The translations under genes were made by a program, and so were the position numbers. Below, piece by piece: positions 15,181 through 28,100 of a stretch of DNA of 64,000 bases. The stretch spans positions 19,158,001-19,222,000 of the forward strand of contig OZ024766.1 in the NCBI GenBank assembly GCA_964016885.1, in the 5' to 3' direction. The number at the start of each line of letters is the position of its first letter. Position 1 is the first letter of the stretch. Origin of the DNA: Eledone cirrhosa (taxonomy: Eukaryota). The notes under the pieces were generated by a model, which ran no database searches, was not told the origin of the DNA, and saw nothing but the letters and a program-made list of their open reading frames with translations.

Positions 15181-15735
15181 TCCCGCCGAGGTTAACTTTG
15201 CCTTTCATCCTTACGGGGTCGATAAAATAAAGTACCAGTAATACACTATTTAATTGCTGGCCTTGTGCCAAAAGCAGAAACAATTATTTCTCCTCCTCCT
15301 CTCTCTTTAATGTAGTCTCTCTCTCTCCCCTCTTATGTTTTAATCTTTCTATTATCTCCCCTTGTTTTAGTACACTTCTTTTGTCTATTCATTCTCTTAC
15401 TGTTATTCTTTTTCTCTCTATATAATATTATATCTCTCCTCCGCCGAGGTTGACTTTGCCTTTCATCCTTACGGGGTCGATAAAATAAAGTACCAGTAAT
15501 ACACTGAGTTATTTGCTGGCCTTGTGCCTAAAGTAGAAACAATTATATTTCTCCTCCTCCCCTCTCTGTAATGCTTCGATTCTCTTACTACTTCTTCCTC
15601 TCTCTCTATAATACAATATCCCTCTCATTAATTTTCCTCCTACGATCTGAGATCAAATCCCGCCGAGGTTGATAAAATAAAGTACCAGTAATGCACTGTG
15701 TAATTGCTGGCATGGTGCCTAAAGTAGAAACAATT
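15181..15735 (+). mobile_element. Three fragments of SINE family 2 (about 15181-15290, 15441-15545, 15648-15735) in a local tandem duplication
   Basis: CCGCCGAGGTTGACTTTGCCTTTCATCCTTACGGGGTCGATAAAATAAAGTACCAGT, which I recognise as a common octopus SINE body. The third copy has the B-box-like GAGATCAAATCC. Confidence 0.7.
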
Positions 15736-16334
15736 AATTTTCCTCCTACTCTCGTTTTTATGTAGTCTCTTTCTCGCCCTATTTCTCTCCCTTGATTTAT
15801 TTAATCTTTCTCTTCCCTCTATTATCTCCCCTTGTTGTAGTGCTCTTCTTTTATACTAATTCTCTCACCCTCTCTAAATAATTCATACATTCTCTCACTA
15901 TCACTCTCTTTCTCTCTATATAATACAGTATCGCTCTCATTAATTATCCTCCCTCTCTTTGTAATGTATCTCTTTCTCCCTCTATTTCTCTCCCTTGATT
16001 CATTTAATCTTTCTCTTCCCTTCTATGTTTCACTATTTCCTTCCCCCTCTCTCTCTCTCCCTTTAATTAGTCTTCTCCTTCTCTCTTCTCCCTCACACCA
16101 CTACTATTGCGGCCGTAATGGGAAGCGGCGGCTTGGCGTCGGATGTAGACAGCGGCATGACACAACAGATGGAAAGGTTGTGTAAATGCGCGGATTTTAA
16201 AGTAGTGCGTGCGTGTGTGTGTGTGTGTGCTAACGTTAGTATGTATGTGTGCTAATATTAGTGTGTGTGTGTGTTCTAATGAAATGCACTGTGTGTGTTA
16301 ATGTTAGTGTGTATGCTAATGTAGTGTGTATATA

Positions 16335-17395
16335 TCATCATCATCATCATCATCATCATTTTACGTCTGCTTTTCCCTGCTTGCAAGGGTGGGACGGGAA
16401 CTGATTCTGGCTTGATTTCTACAGCTGGATGCCCTTCCTAACACCAACCTCATTTACAGTGAGTGCTGGGTGCTTTTTTGCCGTGGCACCTCCACAACCA
16501 CTTTACAGTGTGGGCTGGGTACTTTTTGTCGTGGCACCTAATTGACCACTTTACAGTGTGGACTGGGTGCGGTTTGTTGTGACACCTACATGATTACTTT
16601 ACAGTGTGGACTGGGTACTCTTTGTTGTGACACCTACATGACTACTTTACAGTGTGGACTGGGAGCGGTTTGTTGTGACACCTACATGATTACTTTACAG
16701 TGTGGACTGGGAGCTTTTTGTTGTGACACCTACATGACCACTTTACAGTGTGGACTGGGAGCTTTTTGTTGTGACACCTACATGACCACTTTACAGTGTG
16801 GACTGGGAGCTTTTTGTTGTGACACCTACATGACCACTTTACAGTGTGGACTGGGAGCTTTTTGTTGTGACACCTACATGACCACTTTACAGTGTGGACT
16901 GGGTACTTTTTGTTGTGACACCTACATGACCACTTTACAGTGTGGACTGGGTACTTTTTGCATGACCACTCTACAGTGTGGGCTGGGTACCTTTTGTTGT
17001 GACACCTACATGACCACTTTACAGTGTGGACTGGGTACTTTTGTTGTGACACCTACATGACCACTTTACAGTGTGGACTGGGTGTCTTTTGTTGTGACAC
17101 CTACATGACCACTTTACAGTGTGGACTGGGTACCTTTTGTTGTGACACCTACATGACCACTTTACAGTGTGGACTGGGTACTTTTGTTGTGACACCTACA
17201 TGACCACTTTACAGTGTGGACTGGGTACCTTTTGTTGTGATACCTACATGACCACTTTACAGTGTGGACTAGGTACCTTTTGTTGTGACACCTACATGAC
17301 CACTTTACAGTGTGGACTGGGTGACACCTACATGGACACTTTACAACGTGGACTGGGTGCTTTTTGTCATGATATCAACATAACTTTACAGTGTA
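16335..17395 (-). mobile_element. SINE family 1 3' part with ~19 internal 48/49-bp units
   Basis: The (CAT)n tail at 16335 and shared RTE-like 3' end are followed by a 49-bp unit grading into the 48-bp variant seen at 727-1850. Confidence 0.85.
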
Positions 17396-17804
17396 AGGGT
17401 GGTGTGCACAGAAATGAATGGGTGGGTGTTGACACATGGGAGATGTATGGAAGGGGGTTTAGTAGATATATATATATATATATATATCATAATTTAACAT
17501 ACAGGTGAGCAGTTCACACCATTTTTGTTATCAATACTATCATCATCACCACCACCACCACCATCGCTCTCACCACTGCCATCACCACCACTACCACCAT
17601 CCCCACCACCATCACCTCTTCTTATCTATTGCCCTTCAACGAGAGCTAGACAGCAAGCAAAACCTCTTCATGAACAGTCTGTGTTTCCCATCAAGGTTTG
17701 TGGGACTTCCTTGTCAATTCCAGAGTCCCTTACCTTCTACATCTCTTACTCACTTCCCCTCTATCTTTGAGAGAGATATATGCCAACCTCCCACACATAT
17801 CTGA

Positions 17805-19250
17805 GTCAGATTTGCTGGCCACTGCCATCGTGCCACCTATGAGGCTATGCTCCCATTAGTGCTTTGGAAGCCACGAGCAGTCACTAATAACAGGGGGCAC
17901 AAGCTCTCCTATCCTGATTTGCTGGCCACCTATGAGGCTGTGTCCCTCCCCATTAGTGCTTTGGAAGCCATGAGCAGTCACTAATAACAGGGGGCACAAG
18001 CTCTCCTATCCTGATTTGCTGGCCACCTATGAGGCTGTGTCCCCATTAGTGCTTTGGAAGCCACGAGCAGTCACTAATAAGAGGGGGCACAAGCTCTCCT
18101 ATCCTGATTTGCTGGCCACCTATGAGGCTGTGTCCCCATTAGCACTTTAGAAACCATTGTGTTTCCCCATCAAGGTTTGTGGGCCTTCCTTGTCAATTCC
18201 AGTGTCCCTTACCTATGGTTTAATGGTATCTGAGCTTTCTAGCACTGGGGTCGTTTCTACTTCTACATCTCTTACTCACTTCTTCTCTATCTTTGAGGGA
18301 GATATATGACAACCTCCCACACATATCTGTCGTTGTACTTAAAAGGAGAGTCAGATTTGCTGGTCACTGCCATTGTGCCACCTATGAGGCTGTGCTCCCA
18401 TTAGTGCTTTAGAAGCCACGAGCAGTCACTAATAACAGGGGGCACAAGCTCTCCTATCATGATTTACTGGCCACTGCCATCGTGCCACCTATGAGGCTGT
18501 GTCCCCATTAGTGCTTTAGAAGCCACAAACAGTCACTCATAACAGGGGGCACAAGCTCTCCTATCCTGATCTGCTGGCCACCTATGAGGCTGTGTCCCTA
18601 TTAATGCTCTGGAAGCCACAAGCAGTCACTAATAACAGGGGGCACAAGCTCTCCTATCCCGATTTGCTGGCCACTGCCATCGTGCCACCTATGAGGCTGT
18701 GTCCCTATTAGTGCTTTAGAAGCCACAAACAGTCACTCATAACAGGGGGCACAAGCTCTCCTATCCTGATCTGCTGGCCACCTATGAGGCTGTGTCCCTA
18801 TTAATGCTCTGGAAGCCACAAGCAGTCACTAATAACAGGGGGCACAAGCTCTCCTATCCCGATTTGCTGGCCACTGCCATCGTGCCACCTATGAGGCTGT
18901 GTCCCTATTAGTGCTTTAGAAGCCACAAACAGTCACTCATAACAGGGGGCACAAGCTCTCCTATCCTGATCTGCTGGCCACCTATGAGGCTGTGTCCCTA
19001 TTAATGCTCTGGAAGCCACAAGCAGTCACTAATAACAGGGGGCACAAGCTCTCCTATCCCGATTTGCTGGCCACTGCCATCGTGCCACCTATGAGGCTGT
19101 GTCCCTATTAGTGCTTTAGAAGCCACAAGCAGTCACTAATAACAGGGGACACAAGCTCTCCTATCCCGATTTGCTGGCCACTGCCATCGTGCCACCTATG
19201 AGGCTGTGTCCCTATTAGTGCTTTAGAAACCACAAGCAGTCCCTAATAAC
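17805..19250. repeat. ~94/106-bp tandem repeat with a 200-bp dimeric higher-order repeat
   Basis: Unit GCCACCTATGAGGCTGTGTCCCCATTAGTGCTTTAGAAGCCAC...ACAGGGGGCACAAGCTCTCCTATCC. CGTGCCACCT recurs at 18481, 18681, 18881 and 19081. The flank 17680-17800 is duplicated at 18158-18330. Confidence 0.9.
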
Positions 19251-19614
19251 AAGGAGTGCAATAAACTCTACATACATTCATGTATACATCGCTATTTCAG
19301 AGCACCAGTCCTAATTTTTAATTTTTGCTGGACCAGCAATCGCTCTGTATAATCAGTTCCTGATTATTACTGGAATTCTATAAGAATCCAGCCTCTATAA
19401 TTTTCGGCAAAGGTCGGTGAGTACGTTGCTCTGAGGAACACCAATAGTGTGAAACAGACTGTCAGATTATCTCCCTTCCTTTGCTGAAAAAAGAAGTAAG
19501 TGACATAGTCACTACTTTAAAATGATAGAGCAAGGTCTTCAAAATGTTTTTAATTAAACATACGGTATATTGCCAAATATACTATACATACATTCATGTC
19601 TACATCGCTAGCAT

Positions 19615-21457
19615 GGATGTGTTGAGAGAGAAACTGTGTCTGAGAGGGATAGAATGTAGTGTACGGGAGAGGAGACTGAGGTGGTATGGACATGTGATGT
19701 GTTGAGAGAGAAACTGTGTCTGAGAGGGATAGAATGTAGTGTACGGGAGAGGAGACTGAGGTGGTATGGACATGTGATGTGTTGAGAGAGAAACTGTGTC
19801 TGAGAGGGATAGAATGTAGTGTACGGGAGAGGAGACTGAGGTGGTATGGACATGTGATGTGTTGAGAGAGAAACTGTGTCTGAGAGGGATAGAATGTAGT
19901 GTGTGGGAGAGGAGACTGAGGTGGTATGGACATGTGATGTGTTGAGAGAGAAACTGTGTCTGAGAGGGATAGAATGTAGTGTACGGGAGAGGGGACTGAG
20001 GTGGTATGGACATGTGATGTGTTGAGAAACTGTGTCTGAGAGGGATAAGTTGTGGTGTGTTGGAGAGAAGACTGAGATGGTATGGACATGTGATGAGTTG
20101 AGAGAGAAACTGTGTATAAGAGGGATAAGTTGTGGTGTGTGGGAGAGAAGACTGAGGTGGTATGGACATGTGATGAGTTGAGAGAGAAACTGTGTATAAG
20201 AGGGATAAGTTGTAGTGTACGGGAGAGGAGACTGAGATGGTATGGACATGTGATGTGTTGAGAAACTGTGTCTGAGAGGGATAAGTTGTGGTGTGTGGGA
20301 GAGAAGACTGAGATGGTATGGACATGTGATGAGTTGAGAGAGAAACTGTGTCTGAGAGGGATAAGTTGTAGTGTGTGGGAGAGGAGACTGAGGTGGTATG
20401 GACATGTGATGTGTTGAGAGAGAAACTGTGTATAAGAGGGATAGAATGTAGTGTGTGGGAGAGGAGACTGAGGTGGTATGGACATGTGATGTGTTGAGAG
20501 AGAAACTGTGTATAAGAGGGATAAGTTGTAGTGTACGGGAGAGGAGACTGAGATGGTATGGACATGTGATGTGTTGAGAGAGAAACTGTGTATAAGAGGG
20601 ATAAGTTGTAGTGTACGGGAGAGGAGACTGAGATGGTATGGACATGTGATGAGTTGAGAGAGAAACTGTGTCTGAGAGGGATAAGTTGTAGTGTGTGGGA
20701 GAGGAGACTGAGGTGGTATGGACATGTGATGTGTTGAGAGAGAAACTGTGTATAAGAGGGATAGAATGTAGTGTGTGGGAGAGGAGACTGAGGTGGTATG
20801 GACATGTGATGTGTTGAGAGAGAAACTGTGTATAAGAGGGATAGAATGTAGTGTGTGGGAGAGGAGACTGAGGTGGTATGGACATGTGATGTGTTGAGAG
20901 AGAAACTGTGTCTGAGAGGGATAAGTTGTGGTGTGTGGGAGAGGAGACTGAGATGGTATGGACATGTGATGTGTTGAGAGAGAAACTGTGTCTGAGAGGG
21001 ATAGAATGTAGTGTACGGGAGAGGAGACTGAGGTGGTATGGACATGTGATGAGTTGAGAGAGAAACTGTGTCTGAGAGGGATAGAATGTAGTGTACGGGA
21101 GAGGAGACTGAGGTGGTATGGACATGTGATGTGTTGAGAGAGAAACTGGGTATAAGAGGGATTAGTTGTGGTGTGCGGGAGAGGAAACTGAGGTGGTATG
21201 GACATGTGATGTGTATGGAGGATGACCGATGGGTAAAGAAGTGCCAGGAAATGCCAGTTGAAGGAAGACGTGGTAGAGGTAGACCACGAAAAACATGGGC
21301 GGAGGTGGTGAGAACAGACCTCAGATCATTTAATCTCACGGAGGAGATGACGAAGGACCGTGACGAGTGGAGAGATGCTGTGCTGAATAGGACCCGTCCC
21401 ACCCTTGCAGGCAGGGAAAAGCGGACGTAAAATGGTGATGATGATGATGATGATGAT
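19615..21457 (+). mobile_element. RTE LINE 3' end with (GAT)n tail and ~19 tandem 80-bp units
   Basis: ORF end RKLRWYGHVMCMEDDRWVKKCQEMPVEGRRGRGRPRKTWAEVVRTDLRSFNLTEEMTKDRDEWRDAV, then GGACGTAAAATG(GTG/ATG)n tail. The same segment is amplified at 2460-3740 in the opposite orientation. Confidence 0.88.
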
Positions 21458-21669
21458 ATATATGAATGTTAAATGTGTGTATTTTTCTGTACACACACAA
21501 GCACTGATACACCCACCATCAACATTGGAAAAGACCAGCTATCCCCGCTACACCACCCATTTCCAGGAATATACCCCTAACCCTAACCCACACACCACAA
21601 CATATGGTATTTTACCCAGGGATAGCGCAAGATACATAGCTAATATTTATCTTATCTAGTCTGTTCTAT

Positions 21670-21764
21670 TTCTATATACATGCATATATATATATATGTA
21701 TATATATATATGTATATGTATATGTGTGTGTATATATATATGTGTGTGTGTGTGTATGTATAAG

Positions 21765-21797
<33 letters not shown>

Positions 21798-22055
21798 GTA
21801 TATGTGTGTATATATATATATATGTGTGTGTGTGTATGTATAAGTTTATATATATATATATATATATTCATGTATGTGTGTATATATATATATATATATA
21901 TGTATGTATATATATATATATATATATACATACATGAATATATATATATATATATATATATACATGAATATATATATATATATATATACATATGCATATG
22001 TATATATATATATGTATATATACATATAAACATATACATACACACACACACACAC

Positions 22056-22148
<93 letters not shown>

Positions 22149-22340
22149 AAGAGAGAGAGAGAGGGGGGAGGTGAGAGAGAGATAGAAAGAGTGAGATATG
22201 GAGAGAGGGGGGGTGAGAGATAAAGAGAGAGAGAGAGATATAGAGAGATAGAGAGTGAGATATGGAGAGAGATAGAGAGAGAGAGGGGGGATGAGAGAGA
22301 GAGAGAGAGATATAGAGAGATAGAGAGAGAGAGGGGGGGA
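21670..22340. repeat. (TA)n/(CA)n then (GA)n microsatellite upstream of the EPDR gene
   Basis: Direct inspection. Confidence 0.9.
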
Positions 22341-22426
22341 ATAGGGTGATAAAGTCAACCAGTGTTATATTAAAAGCTGAAAGATTTGAAGGGTTTCCAG
22401 TTGTTTTGCTAACTTCCAGACCAGCA

Positions 22427-22497
22427 GTCCACCATACCACCAGTTCACCATACCACCAGTTCACCATACCACCAGTTCACCATACCACCAGTCCACC
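22427..22497 (+). repeat. 16-bp tandem repeat (CAGTTCACCATACCAC x~4) abutting the EPDR start codon
   Basis: Units at 22441, 22457 and 22473. The last unit reads CAGTCCACCATG, where the other copies have ...CACCATA. Confidence 0.85.
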
Positions 22498-22614
22498 ATG
22501 CTGAAGTTATTTGTAACATCCTGTCTCCTTGCCGTGGCTTACAGTTGCTGTAGCCCTGAATATTTCACAGCAGATACCTTGATTAGGGCGTTCGTTAACG
22601 GGAGTTTCGTAAAG
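22498..22614 (+). CDS. EPDR: Ependymin-related protein, exon 1 (signal peptide + CCSP motif)
   Basis: CCACCATG context. MLKLFVTSCLLAVAYS|CCSPEYFTADTLIRAFVNGSFVK|GTAATG has a hydrophobic signal peptide, the N-terminal CC.P motif of invertebrate EPDRs and an NGS sequon. Phase 0. Confidence 0.88.
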
Positions 22615-22619
22615 GTAAT

Positions 22620-23055
22620 GCTTGTTTTTTTTTTGTTTTGTTGTTGTTGTTGTTGTTGTTTGTTTTTTTTTGTTTTTTTTTTACTCATTCTTCTTTGCCT
22701 TCTTCGTCTCTTTCTTAATCTTATTCTTCTTCTTTTTCTTTGTCTCTCTTTCTTCTTTTTCTTCGTCTCTTTCTTCTTTGCCTTCTTTTTCTTTGTCTCT
22801 CTTTCTTCTTTGCCTTCTTTTTCTTTGTCTCTCTTCTCTTTCTTCGTCTCTTTTTTCTTCTTCTTCTTCTTCTTTGTCTCTCTTTCTTATTCTTTTTCTT
22901 CTTTGCCTTCTTTTTCTTCGTCTCTTTCTTCTTCTTTTTCTTTGTTTCTCTTTCTTCTCTTTCTTCTTCTTTGCCTTCTCTTTCTTCTTTTTCTTCTTTT
23001 TCTTCGTCTCTTTCTTCTTCTTCTTCTTCTTTGTGTCTTTCTTCTTCTTCATCGT
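22620..23055. repeat. (TTG)n and (CTT)n-type pyrimidine low-complexity tract
   Basis: Direct inspection; lies in EPDR intron 1. Confidence 0.9.
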
Positions 23056-23385
23056 CTTCTTCTGGCCAGGAAGGGCAGGCTCCACCGTCTTCTTCTGGCC
23101 AGGAAGGGCAGGCTCCACCGTCTTCTTCTGGCCAGGAAGGGCAGGCTCCACCGTCTTCTTCTGGCCAGGAAGGGCAGGCTCCACCGTCTTCTTCTGGCCA
23201 GGAAGGGCAGGCTCCACCGTCTTCTTCTGGCCAGGAAGGGCAGGCTCCACCGTCTTCTTCTGACCAGGAAGGGCAGGCTCCACCGTCTTCTTCTGACCAG
23301 GAAGGGCAGGCTCCACCGTCTTCTTCTGACCAGGAAGGGCAGGCTCCACCGTCTTCTTCTGGCCAGGAAGGGCAGGCAGGCAGGC
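23052..23385. repeat. 33-bp minisatellite (~10 units; a further partial unit at ~23480)
   Basis: Unit CCGTCTTCTTCTGGCCAGGAAGGGCAGGCTCCA. Confidence 0.92.
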
Positions 23386-23741
23386 AGGTCGCCTCAGTCT
23401 GGTGGCCACAGCGAGGGAGGTTCTATGGTCAACAAGATCTTCCTATCGACTGACCCGAGTCCATAGTAAAGATTGTCCCACCGTCTTCTTCTGGCCAGGA
23501 AGGGCAGGCAGGCAGGCAGGCAGGCTTCCTCACTCACAGCGAGGGAGCTTATATGAAAGGACTGAAGGCAGACACTTTTATCTTCGTCCAATCCTTCATC
23601 AACTCTTTCAAGTTTCACTTGGAAAGGACGGTGAGGGTGGAGAGAGAAGTACATTTCCTAAAAGGTGGGGTCAATGTGGCGAGAATGGCCCCTGTGAATG
23701 GGCCTCCTCTGAGCATGCGCCTGTAGGCTGGCTATTCACCA

Positions 23742-25893
23742 TTTAGCATTTAAACCAGCTGTATCCGGCCAGAATTCTCTCACCACTTTCTGTTCAAACT
23801 GGTGGTAATTGGCCCCTCATACCAACTTTAAGGTATTGTTCTCAAAATCTCATAGATTCAATATTATGTGAGGTAAAACCTTTACTGTGACAATACAATA
23901 GTATATATAGAGTAATGTAGATGGTATGTGAGGTATTATGTGAGGTAAAGCCTTTACTGTGACAATACAATAGTATATATAGAGTAATGTAAATGTTATG
24001 TGAGATATTATGTGAGGTAAAGCCTTTACTGTGACAATACAATAGTATATATAGAGTAATGTAAATGTTATGGGAGATATTATGTGAGGTAAAGCCTTTA
24101 CTGTGACAATACAATAGTATATATAGAGTAATGTAAATGGTATGTGAGATATTATGTGAGGTAAAGCCTTTACTGTGACAATACAATAGTATATATAGAG
24201 TAATGTAAATGTTATGTGAGATATTATGTGAGGTAAAGCCTTTACTGTGACAATACAATAGTATATATAGAGTAATGTAAATGGTATGTGAGATATTATG
24301 TGAGGTAAAGCCCTTACTGTGACAATACAATAGTATATATAGAGTAATGTAAATGTTATGTGAGATATTATGTGTGGTAAAGCCTTTACTGTGACAATAC
24401 AATAGTATATATAGAGTAATGTAAATGTTATGTGAGGTATTATGTGAGGTAAAGCCTTTACTGTGACAATACAATAGTATATATAGAGTAATGTAAATGT
24501 TATGTGAGATATTATGTGAGGTAAAGCCTTTACTGTGACAATACAATAGTATATATAGAGTAATGTAAATGTTATGTGAGATATTATGTGAGGTAAAGCC
24601 TTTACTGTGACAATACAATAGTATATATAGAGTAATGTAAATGTTATGTGAGATATTATGTGAGGTAAAGCCTTTACTGTGACAATACAATAGTATATAT
24701 AGAGTAATGTAAATGTTATGTGAGATATTATGTGAGGTAAAGCCTTTACTGTGACAATACAATAGTATATATAGAGTAATGTAAATGTTATGTGAGGTAT
24801 TATGTGAGGTAAAGCCTTTACTGTGACAATACAATAGTATATATAGAGTAATGTAAATGTTATGTGAGATATTATGTGAGGTAAAGCCTTTACTGTGACA
24901 ATACAATAGTATATATAGAGTAATGTAAATGTTATGTGAGATATTATGTGAGGTAAAGCCTTTACTGTGACAATACAATAGTATATATAGAGTAATGTAA
25001 ATGTTATGTGAGGTATTATGTGAGGTAAAGCCTTTACTGTGACAATACAATAGTATATATAGAGTAATGTAAATGTTATGTGAGATATTATGTGAGGTAA
25101 AGCCTTTACTGTGACAATACAATAGTATATATAGAGTAATGTAAATGTTATGTGAGATATTATGTGAGGTAAAGCCTTTACTGTGACAATACAATAGTAT
25201 ATATAGACTAATGTAAATGTTATGTGAGATATTATGTGAGGTAAAGCCTTTACTGTGACAATACAATAGTATATATAGAGTAATGTAAATGTTATGTGAG
25301 ATATTATGTGAGGTAAAGCCTTTACTGTGACAATACAATAGTATATATAGAGTAATGTAAATGTTATGTGAGGTAAAGCCTTTACTGTGACAATACAATA
25401 GTATATATAGAGTAATGTAAATGATATGTGAGATATTATGTGAGGTAAAGCCTTTACTGTGACAATACAATAGTATATATAGAGTAATGTAAATGTTATG
25501 TGAGATATTATGTGAGGTAAAGCCTTTACTGTGACAATACAATAGTATATATAGAGTAATGTAAATGTTATGTGAGGTATTATGTGAGGTAAAGCCTTTA
25601 CTGTGACAATACAATAGTATATATAGAGTAATGTAAATGTTATGTGAGATATTATGTGAGGTAAAGCCTTTACTGTGACAATACAATAGTATATATAGAG
25701 TAATGTAAATGTTATGTGAGGTATTATGTGAGGTAAAGCCTTTACTGTGACAATACAATAGTATATATAGAGTAATGTAAATGTTATGTGAGATATTATA
25801 TGAGGTAAAGCCTTTACTGTGACAATACAATAGTATATATAGAGTAGTGTAAATGTTATGTGAGATATTATATGAGGTAAAGCCTTTACTGTG
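23742..25893. mobile_element. MITE family A: left end plus ~28 tandem 72-bp units
   Basis: Begins TTTAGCATTTAAACCAGC...CCAGAATTCTC as in the other copies. Unit TATTATGTGAGGTAAAGCCTTTACTGTGACAATACAATAGTATATATAGAGTAATGTAAATGTTATGTGAGA. Confidence 0.85.
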
Positions 25894-26058
25894 AGTAAGG
25901 AGGTAGCCCTAGGGCCAAGGACACCAGAGGTCTCCACTGCTAGGGGTAGCCAGGTCTGTACCTACAGTGGTAAGTAGAGAGGTAGCCCTAGGACCAAGGA
26001 CACCAGAGGTCTCCACTGCCGTTACTAACAATGTATTAACACTAGTTATCTCCCCTAG

Positions 26059-26175
26059 GGAAGTGGTAAAGTCTACTATGACTACAGTGGCGGGATCTAC
26101 GCAGCCTTCACAAACATCAGCGTAACCGGTAGCAACGTCTACTCGTTGAGCAGTACCCATGTTGATATCAATAAG
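26059..26175 (+). CDS. EPDR: Ependymin-related protein, exon 2
   Basis: tctcccctAG|GSGKVYYDYSGGIYAAFTNISVTGSNVYSLSSTHVDINK|GTAAGT. 117 nt, phase 0/0, with the ependymin YDY motif and an NIS sequon. Absent from the ORF track. Confidence 0.85.
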
Positions 26176-26179
26176 GTAA

Positions 26180-28100
26180 GTACCATCTAACCATCGTACC
26201 ATCTAACCATTGTACCATCTAACCATCTAACCAACGTACCATCGTACCATTGTACAATCTAACCATCGTACCATCGTACCATCTAGCCTTCGTACCATCG
26301 TACCATCTAGCCTTCGTACCATCTAGCCATCGTACCATCTAGCCATTGTACCATCTAACCATCGTACCATCTAACCATTGTACCATCTAACCATCGTACT
26401 ATCTAAACATCGTACCATCTAGCCATCGTACCATCTAGCCATTGTACCATCTAGCCATTGTACCATCGTACCATCGTACCATCTAACCATCGTACCATCT
26501 AGCCATCGTACCATCTAGCCATCGTACCATCGTACCATCTAACCATCATACCATCTAGCCATCGTACCATCTAGCCATTGTACCATCGTACCATCTAACC
26601 ATCGTACCATCTAGCCATTGTACCATCTAGCCATTGTACCATCGTACCATCGTACCATCTAACCATCGTACCATCTAACCATCGTACCATCTAGCCATCG
26701 TACCATCGTACCATCTAACCATCATACCATCTAGCCATCGTACCATCTAGCCATTGTACCATCGTACCATCTAACCATCGTACCATCTAACCATTGTACC
26801 ATCGTACCATCTAACCATTGTACCATCTAACCATCGTACCATTGTACCATCGAGCCATTGTACCATCTAGCCATCTAACCATCTAACCATCGAACCATCT
26901 AACCATCGTACCATCTAACCATCTAACCATCTAACCATCGTACCATCTAGCCATTGTACCATCTAACCATCGTACCATCTAACCATCGTACCATCTAACC
27001 ATTGTACCATCGTACCATCTAACCATCTAACCATTGTACCATCGTACCATCTAACCATCGTACCATCTAACCATCGTACCATCTAACCATCGTACCATCT
27101 AACCATCTCACCATTGTACCATCGTACCATCTAACCATTGTACCATCGTACCATCTAACCATTGTACCATTGTACCATCGTACCATCTAGCCATCTAACC
27201 ATCTAACCATCGTACCATCTAACCATCGTACCATCTAACCATCTAGCCATCTAACCATCGTACCATCTAACCATCTAACCATCGTATCATCTAACCATCG
27301 TACCATCTAACCATCGTACCATCTAGCCATCGTACCATCTAGCCATCGTACCATCTAACCATCGTATCATCTAACCATCGTACCATTGTACCATCTAACC
27401 ATCTAACCATTGTACCATCGTACCATCTAACCATCGTACCATCTAACCATCGTACCATCTAGCCATCGTACCATCTAACCATCGTACCATCTAACCATCG
27501 TACCATCAAACCATCGTACCATTTAGCCATCGTACCATCTAGCCATCGTACCATCTAGCCATCGTACCATCTAACCATCGTACCATCTAACCATCGTACC
27601 ATCTAACCATTGTACCATCGTACCATCTAGCCATCATACCATCTAGCCATTGTACCATCGTACCATCGTACCATCTAACCATCGTACCATCTAGCCATCG
27701 TACCATCTAGCCATCGTACCATCTAACCATCTAGCCATTGTACCATCTAACCATTGTACCATCTAACCATTGTACCATCTAGCCATCGTACCATCTAACC
27801 ATCGTACCATCTAACCATCGTACCATCGTACCATCTAACCATCGTACCATCTAGCCTTCGTACCATCTAGCCATCGTACCATCTAGCCATCGTACCATCT
27901 AACCATCTAACCATCGTACCATCTAACCATCGTACCATCGTACCATCTAACCATCGTACCATCTAACCATCGTACCATCTAACCATCGTATCATCTAACC
28001 ATCTAGCCATCGTACCATCTAACCATTGTACCATCTAACCATTGTACCATCTAACCATTGTACCATTGTACCATCTAACCATTGTACCATCGTACCATTT
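26180..28100. repeat. Octamer variant array (CCATCTAA / CCATCGTA / CCATCTAG / CCATTGTA), ~240 units
   Basis: Interspersed 8-bp variants starting immediately after the exon 2 donor. Confidence 0.92.

Noticed and set aside
16100-16200. Short coding exon on either strand (MGSGGLASD... or MPLSTSDAKPP...)
   Set aside because: There is no recognisable homology or partner exon, and Pc already begins with the canonical MEL N-terminus at 12555.
22615-23466. 322-aa ORF extending EPDR exon 1, with hydrophobic and HRLLLARKGRL repeats
   Set aside because: It is read-through into intron 1 past a good donor at 22615 and consists of simple repeats and a 33-bp minisatellite.
23540-23630. Possible extra EPDR exon (CACAG|...GACG|GTGAGG)
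   Set aside because: At 91 nt it would shift the frame, it has no ependymin similarity, and exons 1 and 2 already join correctly.
23860-25893. CRISPR-like regular arrays (this and the other arrays)
   Set aside because: Units are head-to-tail with no unique spacers, there are no cas genes, and the context is eukaryotic and intronic.
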